Shown: positions 44,831 to 56,829 of the stretch, piece after piece | Layout of the letters: each line of letters begins with the position of its first letter | Numbering within the stretch: the first letter of the stretch is position 1 | Assembly: GCA_001642005.1 (NCBI GenBank) | Contig: LWCA01000006.1 | Span: 1-64,000, forward strand | Origin: Intoshia linei | Lineage: Eukaryota; Animalia; Orthonectida | Reading direction: 5' to 3' | DNA length: 64,000 nucleotides | Translations under genes and position numbers: made by a program | Notes under the pieces: model-generated | What the model was told of the DNA's origin: nothing | Database searches by the model: none | What the model saw: the letters and a program-made list of their open reading frames with translations, nothing else

Positions 44831-47801
44831 GTATTGTACAAAATGAACATTAAATTAATCTAAAGTTTTCATAATTCCAACAAATTCGTGAAATTTTCCA
44901 GGCAAATTTTCCACCAAAAATTTCGTCAGACCCCACAATTGAGGCCTAGGCCTCAAGGTTAGGAAACACTGATCTAAATGAATACGATATTAACTAGATA
45001 AGTACGATTGAAAACTAATTTTTAATTATTAACAAATTTGCTTTAAATATAAAATATGTTATGCCTAAAAACCAAAAAAAATTACGACACCACCTTAATA
45101 TCAACAATTAAATTAAAACAGACAAAATATTTATTTATAACTAACATTTGTATATTTGATAATAATTTAATTTTCTTATTTTTATTTTTGGATTCATTTT
45201 TCTTGGGTTTTATAATGATAGATTAGTCAATGAATATTTATATAGTCTTTTATTTTATTTTATTTTTTTAAATAAGCATATATATTGATGTAATTTTTAT
45301 CACATCAGGTTAATTTTCTAAATTATTCATATTATATTTAGCTCCAAAATAGATAAACGTCAAGAATTTAATTTTTAGATTATTTAAATAAATATTTAGT
45401 CTTTTAGTTTATTTTTTTACACCTGTAAATTTTTTTAAATTCTAGAGATGTTTTCATTAAAAACAGAACGGTAACTTGTGGTTTTGGCCCTGAAAATATA
45501 ATTTTTTTAAATTTACATTTATGGTAATGTTTATGATTTTAAAATCCGCATCAGCTTATATATTTTTTTAAATTCTCCAACACGTTTGATTTTCAATACT
45601 TAAATAGGTCTAGATTTTAGAATTTATTATAATAGCATTCTAGGTATAATTATACTTAGACTTTAAGTATAAAAAAATAATAAGTCTAATATTTACTACA
45701 TAAAAATTGTAGTTTCATACATTTCAAACTACAATTACAAGTCTGTACAAATAATTTGTATTAAATTTGTAACGGCTAAAATTTTTGACACAGTATGTGC
45801 TAAAATTCTGGAATAGTAAAGCAGATGTAATTGGTTATATTTGTATAACGTTTATATAATGACATACTGTTTAGCGTAATAAATTAGTAATAACACTTCA
45901 ATATGCCTTTCAAGGATGTAGTATGCGGTGCAACAAAGAGAATTTAGCTTAGTCTTCATTTGTTGATTATGGATCATTTCAACGTTCAATTAATGAACTA
46001 CAAAAATTGGTTAATTGGATGATAACTACAGTGTAAAAATCTTGTAATGTGCTAATAAGCAAAATGCATGGTCTTTATAATTAATATTTGAGAATTTTCA
46101 TTTTATAATAATTAATCTTACAATCGTTACGAAAATGAAAGTTAAATCAAAACGTAAAATATTTAAAAAAGCAAGTGCGGAAAAATGTAATTATTTTAAA
46201 AATTATTCATTTCTAACTCGGTGTACTCACTAACCTTAAAAAACAAAGTTTTTTAAGTTAATATAAATTTAAAATTAACTATGTTTAGGTTCGTGTTACT
46301 TTTAACTTGGGGTAAACGATGGAATTACAATTAATTGTACTATTATTTGTTAAATATTAATTACTGTTAAGATACAGTAGTAACTTAACTTATTAACCAT
46401 TTCGTAACGGATATATTACATGATGTACTATGAAATAATTTTTGAAAATGTATCCTTATCTTTTCAGTATATCATCGTCTCTATGTCGTCAGAATAGAAT
46501 AAAAAAATGGTTCTTGCAAAAAGATTGCAGAATTAAATTCTCTAATGAAATTGTCTAAACTTCCTCAGTACAGTGGACCTTCGATTATACGTATAGTAAG
46601 TTTAAAATTTTTTCTAAAACAATTGTAAATGACTGAAAAGAAATGGCACAATAAAAATAATTTTACTGTACTTGTAACTATGGCGACACAACTTCACATT
46701 GTAAAATAGGAAATATGCCAGGTTGGAAAACCCCAAAAATGTAACAAAATAGATATTTACAGAATTATAAAATTTGTTTGACTGTGAAGACGTTTATTTC
46801 AGAAGAGAGGTAATGAAAATTAAATTTCTTTCTGATTGTTTGACTTAGATTTAAAGAATAACTAATTATGTACCGATAAACCCCTAATTTAAGTTAGTGA
46901 GGAAAAAAAATACGTTTAATTAAATTTATATACAGCAATGTTACAGCAAATTTGAAGCAAAAAAACATTTGCTATTATAAATATATAATTTTAGCGCACA
47001 AATTAAACTTCAAATAAACTAAAATTGATTGTATGTATTTATTTTGAGTTACACTATAAAGTTTACGAGTGATGGCAAAAGGTGTTATTGCAAATTGCAA
47101 TACAATGTGTATTACACACTAAACGTATATTTCAACTCACAGTAATTAAATTTACAAGAAATAAATTCCATGAGTAAACAAAGTTCACCTGCGTTTCATT
47201 AAAATTTAAAAATTTACAAAAACTTTTTGAAAAATGTTATTCATTTTTACATTCAATTTTTGTAATTATTTTTTAACTGAAATTATTTCAAAATGTATAT
47301 CCATGCAGCTTTAAATGAAGGATAAAAATAAATTTTTTTTTAAAAAAGAATAATAGCTGTAAATAAAAACTAGCACGTCTCAATCTTATTAATTTAAATG
47401 GATCTAATTTTGACTCTATAAAAGTTTTACAAGACTTGTCTACAAGAAAACTAAATTTTAAGTCAAATCATTATTTGTATTAGTAACATTGGTAATTAGA
47501 TAAAGATTTAATTTAACCATTCAGTTGGTACATAATTATAAAATATTGTAAAGGATTGTTACTAATAAACTTAATATTGTGTTGGATTGATACTTTTATA
47601 GCACAATTTTGTATTGGATTGTTACCATTTAAACTGAATCTACATAAATTTAAACATAATAGTCTGCATAATTCTTATCATTTCTGCATTTGCTATATAT
47701 TTTTCATTCTATATCTTTGTACATAACAAACGTTTCTTTTTTTACAGCTTTGAAAACCACCAATGTATTATTTTTAATATTTATTAAATTTATTAAAACA
47801 A

Positions 47802-49781
47802 ATGGAATTGAGTTATAGTGAGTTTACCGAGTTTAATTTAAATGAATGCACAGTTTAATTATTTTAATTTCAGTTATGTCGGCAATGTTAAAACCTTCAC
47901 CACAAACTGTATCCCTTGAAAGAAACCACATGTCGAATCTTCGACTGAATAAAAATGAGAACATTAAATTTAATGGAATTTCTGATAACTTTAGTATTGA
48001 AGAAGCTAAAGCCAAACTAGAAAATGTTTATGATAGAGAAACAAAAGTAAGGCTAATTTATTTAACGTTTTCGTGTTTTGGGTAAAATTTATGTAATTTT
48101 TTTAAGATTTGAATTTATTAATTTATTTGACATACTAATATATTATTGTAAGATGATAAAATCAATTAATGTTGTCAAGGAAGTTATCAATAAATTAGAA
48201 AATTGCAGAATTAGCAAATTGGAATTAGAGGTATGTTTCAGGATTATAAAAACATTTTAAAATAAAAAAACAATCAAATTTATTATTTATTTATAGAGAA
48301 CGTTAATAGGACGATTGTTAAATGAAGTTCGCAAGAGTATTACTGACGTGGAAACAGCAAAAAGAACAAAGTCATTGATTAAACAATGGCAAAATGTTAT
48401 TGCTGGTAAGTCAACACCCAAAATTAGTACAAATCAAAACGGCAAATCTACCAAAATAGCTAATTTACCACAAGAATTACCTAAACGTCCCTCTTTAAAA
48501 ATAAAAATAAAACCATTACTAAAAAAAAATAATGAGAATCCCAATGTAAATATAAATAATACGGATTTGTATCAAAAAAAAGTTAAAACTACCATGGAAC
48601 TTATGGGTTCCTTGAAGAGGAGTGGAGATTTAAGAATAAACAAGAGCAGTTCAGTTAAAAAAATTAAATATGATATTGACAAGAAATGTGTAGAGCCGAT
48701 AAATTATGCTCTATTGGCTAATAAGCGTATTAAAAAGGTTAAAAAACCTAAGAATGGAAAAAGTATAGATAAAATGGATGATTACAGCGAAATATCCATT
48801 AGTACCAATGTTGAAACTCTAACGAACGTTTCTTCACCGCCAGAACCAGAACTTAATGTTGAGATGAAAGATGTATGCTTTTCAGTTAATAATATTGAGC
48901 CGGTATCAGAACCAGTTTCCGTCGTAACTACACTGTTTAAACCAGAAATTATCGAAAAATTAATAGTCACTCCAAAAATTATAGAAAAACCAATTGTATA
49001 CAGAACATTACCTACTATGAAATTTTTAAATGAAATGGATAGTAAAAGAGCAAAAGAAAATAAACCCATTTTTGAAAGGTCTAAAAAAATGTTTGCTAAT
49101 TTAGACATTGAATATAAAGATACTGATCCCATGAAAGAACTAGATTTATCAAAAATCAATATTAACGATGAGGGTTCCGATGACAAGTATTATACCATCG
49201 ACATCCATAGGCAATTTACTCACGATGGTCGTCGTGTTTCACCTGTTCGAATTCCAAAAGATAGATTTAAACTGAACGTTCCCACGAAACAGACGTCCAT
49301 GAGAAACGTGAAAAACTCAGTTGATTTAGTTTCTAGAGTAAATTATTATACTAGCCTCTTTACTCCCACTGATGTAAGTATATCAGAATCTTTGAATGAT
49401 ACTAGTTCTACATTAACTGCTTTATCTGCAAAGTTTGAAGCAACTGTGGTTACTCCTGGTACACCATTAATTTCTCATGTTGCCATAATTCCTCCTACAA
49501 TTAGCCTTGAAACAAAAAATTTTTATCTTAACTATGAGAATATAGTTAAATTGCCACCCACCACTGTCACGTACGAAAGTGAAAAGTCTATTCATCCCAA
49601 AAATTGGACGGACGATGATAAAAAATTTTGTAAAGACATTTCACATCGTTATTTAAACACTGAATGGGAAGGTATGAACGGTATTAGCATGGATGGAAAA
49701 TTTACTCGCTGGACGGAAAAAATATACACCACATCTTATGATGGTTATCCTATGGTACTGAAACCTTATGTTGAAAAATAA
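47802..49781 (+). CDS. MED26: Mediator subunit 26 (exons 47802-47817, 47874-48046, 48153-48230, 48297-49781)
   Basis: TFIIS-N-like domain (LENCRISKLELERTLIGRLLNEVRK...KSLIKQWQ) and MED26 C-terminal motif (WEGMNG...FTRWTE...SYDG...LKPYV). Confidence 0.88.
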
Positions 49782-50282
49782 TTTCAATTAAAATTTTACA
49801 ATTATTGTATATAACTAAAAGTTATAATTGTTAATTTTGTAAATAAAATATATTGTAAAGTTCGTTTGTATTTTATGATTGGTCAACATTTAACCCCGGT
49901 GCTGGTTTACACTAATAAAACATTAAAATTTCCGCCATTAAAATTAAAATTTGTTTTTTTAGTGTTTACCTAGCTATGACTGTCATATTGTTAAATATAT
50001 AATTTAAATTTTATCTAAAAAATTTTTAAAACAGTTACCTGCAGTACACACCTAAAATAAAATAAATTTGTTGAAATCAAAATCTTTCTTCACGAATCTT
50101 ATCTTGTATGAAACAGAATTTAAAAGTACTCATACGAATGAACTGAGTACGAAATGATTTACGTCTACATCAAGCGTAATTAATAAATTAAAAATGGATT
50201 ACAAAATAAAAATGTTAACAATGTAAGTTTATAATATTAACAAAAAATATTTTTGATTCATGATTTTACACCACCATGCTTT

Positions 50283-50940
50283 TTAAATTTGTTTTGTGAA
50301 ATCGTTGTTCATATATTCCCAATGTTTGGTCAAACCGTTATCCCTTCTCGTCCGAGAAAGCACCCCAATATCGTACAAATAAATTAGCATGAGAATTATA
50401 ATCAAATTATATTTATATAAACACTTTGATTCATCTTGATCACTCATTTTATAATCAGTGTCTTCCACTGTAGGTGCATATTCATATATAAAAATATTTC
50501 CATACATTTTCACCTTTTTAAGTGTAATTTTAGATGAAAGCGTACCAGGATAATTGCGCAGTTTAAATTTTTTTATTCAATAACTTCGCTTGACAAAAAT
50601 AGCATTCTTCTGGATGATACTTGGGTGTAGTCCAAATGTGTGGTAATTCAAACATAGGTTTTTCTTTTCTCAATGTCGTACAGCCACATAAATTTAGGCG
50701 TCCAAATGTGATCTGTTACATCAATTGAAAAATCACATTGGTAGAATTTTAAATTTTCATTTATTGCATATGATTTTTTTGATTTAACTAAATAAATACC
50801 ACAAGTGAAGATTCGGTTAATTATTGATACATAATTGTTATTTTTAAGTATTTAGTAAATTGGTACTGAATATATGTCATCACATTGAAAATGACAAAAT
50901 AGGTTTTTATAATTTTATTTTTTCTGGAATTTATGCTATT
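50283..50940 (-). pseudogene. Frameshifted remnant of a DNA-transposase N-terminal zinc finger, probably Chapaev3-like
   Basis: DHIWTPKF, then after a frameshift CGC...MFELPHIWTTPKYHPEECYFC...NYP. This resembles the D..WAPH.CC..C...PMxWREPxxHxxDCYFC...YP pattern. Superfamily assignment is from memory. Confidence 0.55.
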
Positions 50941-51341
50941 TATGACAATTTTTAGGATTGGACTGTTTTTACTTTATTTTTAATATTATAGACATATTCT
51001 GTCTAATAAATTAAAAAAATGGGATAACAATTGTTTTTAAATTTCTTGACGCAAATGTTAACAAACAAAAAATTAAGGTGGAATAATTCACTTTAAAGTA
51101 AAAAGTAATGTGATATGATGATTCCACCTGAAAAAAATTTATAATATTAAATAGTAGGATTTTTTAGTTAGATTTTCAACGTGAATTTATTTTTTAAGTA
51201 TAATAAAAATGTTCCCTTGGCAAAGCTAAATCCTGTTTGTACATATTACATAACAGTTAACCTGGTGTTTATATATAAATAATGAAACAAAAATAAATAT
51301 CAACTGATAAGTTGATAAATTGATTATTGACACAAATAAAA

Positions 51342-54300
51342 ATGTTGATACAAATAGATACATCTCCGTTAAAAACTGAATTAATAACCTTGGAAGTTGA
51401 TGCTAGTGTCTTGGTACTATTTATATTTTATTTCATAGAGTAAATAAATGTGTTATCATAAACGAACCAAAAAATATATAAAGCCATAACATGTGGTATT
51501 CACCAATAATGGTAAATTAACGTAGAAACACATTTAATTAAATTATTGTATTCTACTTACAGAAGATTATTAAACTTGTGATTAAAATATATCTTAAATT
51601 TAAATCATACATTCTGAATGCAAATAAAAATGATTCATTGTAGATATCAAAAATGGAAATCAATGTAAATCAACTATTTCCCAGTTCAGCCAGACGTACC
51701 CATATATAAAACAATACTTGACCATTTAGTGCAAGATTATGGTTTCTATTATATGAAACAGGGCTCTTCGGAAAAAAAGTGGTTGAATCGTGATAAAAAA
51801 TTGAATTATTACAATACCGATAAAGAGGTAATTATTTCGAATAATCATGCCATGTAATAAATAAATATTTTGATTTTGAAAGTTTAGATTTTATATTATA
51901 AATGCAAAGTTTTCCCTATAGACATATCTGTCGCTTCAAATATACAAAAAGTCGTGGCCGTAAATGTTTCAGAGACATTGCAATCCCAAATGAAGAAAAT
52001 TTGCGAACTTTTTGGTACATAATAATAAAAAATATGATTCATTAAACTTTTACTATCAGAAATAACCAATTATCATGAATATGGTTTATTTCCCAAAAAT
52101 TGTTCGTCAAACAAAACTAATCGAGATTTAACTTTGATTAAGGGGAAATGCAAGAAAGGTAAACTGGACAAAGCTCAAATAAAAGAAGAATCAATTATAT
52201 CTCATCTCCAAGAACAATTAAAAACTGATGATATTGGTATCTTGTATTTTGTAAAAAAGTGTGGTTTATATCAACGACTACTGTATTCTCAATTTTAAAA
52301 AAAAACCTTTATAAAATTTCGATTAAAATTAAATAAATGTTATTTATGCACTAAATAACATTTTAGAGTAACAGACTAATACTGTTAAATAGATTTCTAC
52401 CACTAAATTTAGCCATTTAGTACTCATAAAAATTAAACGTATTTTAGTGTCTTGGTTAGATGCAAATAAAGTAACAAGCAACGTGTTAGGAAACAACCAT
52501 TCCTTGATATTGAAACGCCGCTTCTTTTACAGTAACGTAAAATGTCGCGTTGAAAATAAAACGGAAAATTATATATTATACAACGAAATTAAAAATGATA
52601 TTATAACATCGAAACTATTAGTGGATTTTAATGAATCTGTTCGATTAGCTTCATATCAAATTCTATCAGATTCTCTTACTGTCAACACATCAAAACAAAA
52701 AATTACACCCGAAACGTAATATTAACAAATAAATAAAATATTAAATAGCATCTATAATAAATATAATTATACCATATCAAATTAACTTCACTTTCCGAAA
52801 TTAGGTACACACGATCAATAACCGTTATTCATAAAAAAGAAATGATATTTTTAGATATTGAGTCAAGTCCAATAGTGTTCCAGGTAATCTTTTCTGATAG
52901 AGGACGGAATAATTATTTAATTAGGGTGGTTAAAAATGTTTTATTTTAAATAATAATTAATAAGAATTAAATTGTTGTAAAAAAAATCCGGCGTCAGTCT
53001 ACCCTGGAGGGGAAATTAGTTTAGGATGTGTTAGTTTGGTTAAGGTTCTGATCGATATTATTCTATTTGAGTTATTAATCCTTAATTTAGTCTTAAATTA
53101 ATATTGCCTTTGGAATTCCGAAAATTAAAAAAAATTGCAAAAGCTATATTATCGGTAATTTGACCATACAAGCACAATTGTACATTGTAAAATTTACTTT
53201 TATGTACAGTATAGTGTAGTATTCAATTATTACAGTTAACTAAAAGGCAATGATGCTACCAGCATTTATACCTAAGGAATTCAAAGGACTCAAGCAGAGC
53301 TGAATCTCTTAAGTTCGAAGTTAGCAAAAAATGAAAAATTTTTCCCCAAATCATGCGTAATCATATAGTCCAGCCATTCTCAACGTGGTTTATGTGGGCC
53401 CCTTGGGGTCCACAGCACTTTTTTGGGGGTCCATGATAATTATATACATTTATTACATATTATAGACATTTTCAGTAACATAAAGGCTCAGAAATACTAA
53501 TATAAAACGTGCAAATCATGAAAAGTAAATTATTTGGTATTAAATTATATTACTTACAAGTGTAAAAACTTATTGGGAAACCTCCATTGTTCTATTTTAG
53601 GAGCAGCGTTTTTATTTAATTATTTTATTAAAATTTATCACCGAGTCAAGTTTCTAGTCATAAAAAAAGCTTTAAATTTCAAATTGAAAATATACAAAAA
53701 ATCAGTCAATATTCATGATTCTATGAAACATTAATCAAGGGATATAAAATAATAATTATTCACAGGGATGATAGATAATATAGACTTTTTATTGATCTGA
53801 TACAATATGTAGTAAACAATTAATAATGTACTGTAAACAATACCTGAAAAACATGTTCCATATTGGGAACATTGACTGGTTAAAGATTAATATTAATAGT
53901 TCAAGTTTATCACCTCGCAAAAATAGAGTACTCCATGTCTTTTGACCATCATGCGTTTCATCCAAATCTAATGATTCATTAAAAATTGTCATTATTATTA
54001 ATTTTTTTGGGGGTCCACAGCGAAAAAGGGTTGAGAATGCCTGATATAGTCTAGCTAGTAGCTACCTCTACAGGAATCTTGACTTGACATGTCAAATTTA
54101 ACATACAAAATAGTTATGATATTAAGGAATATAATTTGTTAATGTTTACGTTGGAAAACTTGGGCCACTATTTTATAAATATTACAGTATATTAACATGC
54201 TTATTAAACCCTTCGTATGTCACAACTTATTCAATCATGCTATTTACGATTTTTGGTGGAAGGGACTCATAAATAATTTTACATGATTGGAGGGTCGTGG

Positions 54301-56763
54301 AATTAAACATTGAAGAACCACAAGAGTGTACTATTTTAATAAAAATAAATTTAGGCGTATAGCGATCTAAGCATATCACCTGATGAAGCTCGGACAAAAT
54401 ATATTTTATTTGCTGAACAACTCAAAACGTATGGATTTTCAGTATTTTTAGTTCAGGTACTTTTAAATTGTCATATAGAAGATCAGGGTTATCAATTGTG
54501 GGTGAATCGTTCCCTTGGGCCGATTTTTTATACTATTTCAGAAATTTAATTTTTTTAAGTTTAAAAAATTATATACTAGCTTGACTGTTATGTACTTCGT
54601 ACAAACAACATCCTAGTTTTGCCGAGGGCAAACTTTTTTAATTTTACCAAAAAAATAAATTCAATAATAAAATTTAATTAAAAATGCGACACTCACTATT
54701 ATCAATCCTTTAAAGGAGTGGATCCTAGACTTTAATTTTACATTACCTTTTAATTTAAAATGAATTATTCCCATTTAATTTTATTTGGTTAGCATTTTTG
54801 TATAGAATTTTAAAAACAATTTTGTGATCCCATTTATTCAATTTATTAGAAATAATGAGTGTATAATCTTAAAAATAAAGCCAAAATAGTAAATCCAAAA
54901 AATTTTCAAAATAGATTAAATTCCATAAAAAATAAAATTGTAAATAAACCGGTATATTTAGTATCTGCTTTCGATGAGTAAAAAATATCAATTTTGTATC
55001 AATAATTAAAGGAATCAACACTTTAAAAAGATATTTCGGATGAATCTTACTAACATTGCCAAGCATTATAATAAATACAAAAATGATAATAACAAAGTTG
55101 TATTTGGTTGTTGTGGTTAAACTAAAATTTCGTGAAATGTTTTGAAAATGAGTATTTGAGATTAAAATTGAAGCCTTCAAAATGAAAAATAGGCATTAAA
55201 AAATTTTACAAGCGATTCGTAGCGCCATATAACCCCAGCCGCATCTACAAGCCTCTTGAGGTAAAATTTTAAATTTGGCACAAAAAATAGTTACGATATT
55301 CAAGAATACAACTTTTTAAAGCTCAATTTGGCAAAATAATGCCACCATTTTACAAAAATTTCGTCGACTCCCGAAGAGGGTCTTAGGGTATGGGACTGAT
55401 TTAAATGTGATTAACACTTAAAAGTAGCCATTACTCATATATAACATTTACATGTATCTACCCTTATCAAATCTCCCATTAATTTGTTTTAAATCAACAG
55501 AATTTTAGAAACACTCAATCCATCGCTTTGTAATCATTTTTTAACATATATAAAATAGCCGATAACTAATGGAAAAAAGTTAAACAAGATGGTTCAATTC
55601 GGAATTTCAAAGACAGAAATAATAACAATGAATCCGGAAACCAGAGAAGTCATATATATAACATGCAAAAAAAAATTAAATTTTTAGGTGACAAAAAGAT
55701 GGTCAATTTTTCGTATACAGAATTATGGATCATCCATTGACATATTTACAATGAATTTTGGGAAAGAAGATTATTTCACAATAAAGTCAAAAGAATGCGG
55801 CCAGATAAAAGATTTAATTAGTCGTTATATTGATCTATATTTAAAGGTTTAAGTTTTAATGAAAATTAAATTAAATATTTATTATTATAATAAGATTAAA
55901 TTTTTAGAAAAAAACTAAATCCAAAAAAACTAAATCAAACCCAAACGCTCAAGTTAAAGCAAAGATATCAAACAATGAAGTCAACGCACATGGAGGAATA
56001 ATTATAAAAAAACAAAATACTAGACTAAATACAATGAAGGTTGATAACCAAAACTTTACAAATCATTTAGAGGTGATATATTTAAATTGTAATAATCAAC
56101 CTTGAAATAATTTAGCCAAATTTTTCTCAAGTTATCGATTACGGCCAACATCAAGTTGATTTATCAAATGTTGAGCACGCTTTGAGTCATGTACGACTAG
56201 ATGTCTCAAATTATGACATGGGAGAATATAATAATCAATTTGTTGAACAAGAGTTTAAAATGAAATCGTCCATGACTGCTATTGGAACAACATTAGACAA
56301 TATTGTAGGGAATATCCATGATTTAGTTCAAACAAAAAAAGATGGAATTGCATGTGTTGAACTCAAAAATGTCATTGTTTCCAATGTGTAATTTTATGTG
56401 ATGACAATTAATCATGTTTTATGTAGAGATATTTTAAACGGAACTTTGGCCAACAACTTCAATCAGTTACCAAAACAAAAAAAAAGTTTAATTTTTAAAC
56501 AATGCCAACAATTGATTGTTAGCATCACAGATTTAAAATCGCAAAGTTTAGACTCGTCCACAAAGTAATTTACCGATGAATTTTTTTAAAAATAATTTAG
56601 TATGGAATTTAAAAAATTGGCACAGGAAATTGGAGAATATAGTCAAAATTTGATGGAACAAATCAAAGACTTGAAGTTAGACAACAAGACAAAGAGAAAA
56701 AATAACGAAATCCATAAAAAAGCTATGGAACTTATAGATACCACCACAAAATATATAAAGTAA
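51342..56763 (+). CDS. Truncated talin-like protein (about 14 exons, roughly 650 aa): F0-F3 FERM head, linker, first rod bundle
   Basis: Talin-head motifs QDYG...KWLNRDKKLNYY, ITNYHEYGL, LKTDDIVSWLD, LILKRRFFYS, ARTKYI...LKTYGFSVFLV and QIKDLISRYIDLYLKKK. Stop at 56761-56763 and AATAAA near 56801. Confidence 0.85.
53371..54043. mobile_element. Non-autonomous hAT (Charlie-like) element in talin intron
   Basis: TIR CAGCCATTCTCAAC / CAGGCATTCTCAAC (1 mismatch), 8-bp TSD ATATAGTC at 53363-53370 and 54044-54051, and subterminal GGGGTCCA repeats. Confidence 0.9.
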
Positions 56764-56829
56764 ACTAAACGTGTTCAAAATTTACAAATATTACATATTA
56801 AAATAAAATTCATGAAATTAGTTTATCTA

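Noticed and set aside
53245-53305. Peptide AFIPKEFKG resembling talin F2 FLPKEY
   Set aside because: No phase-compatible splice sites and an in-frame stop; the exon at about 52805-52883 already joins the frame correctly.
54869-55180. 103-aa hydrophobic minus-strand ORF inside a talin intron
   Set aside because: Non-ATG start, low-complexity AT-driven composition, and it lies within repeat-like sequence.
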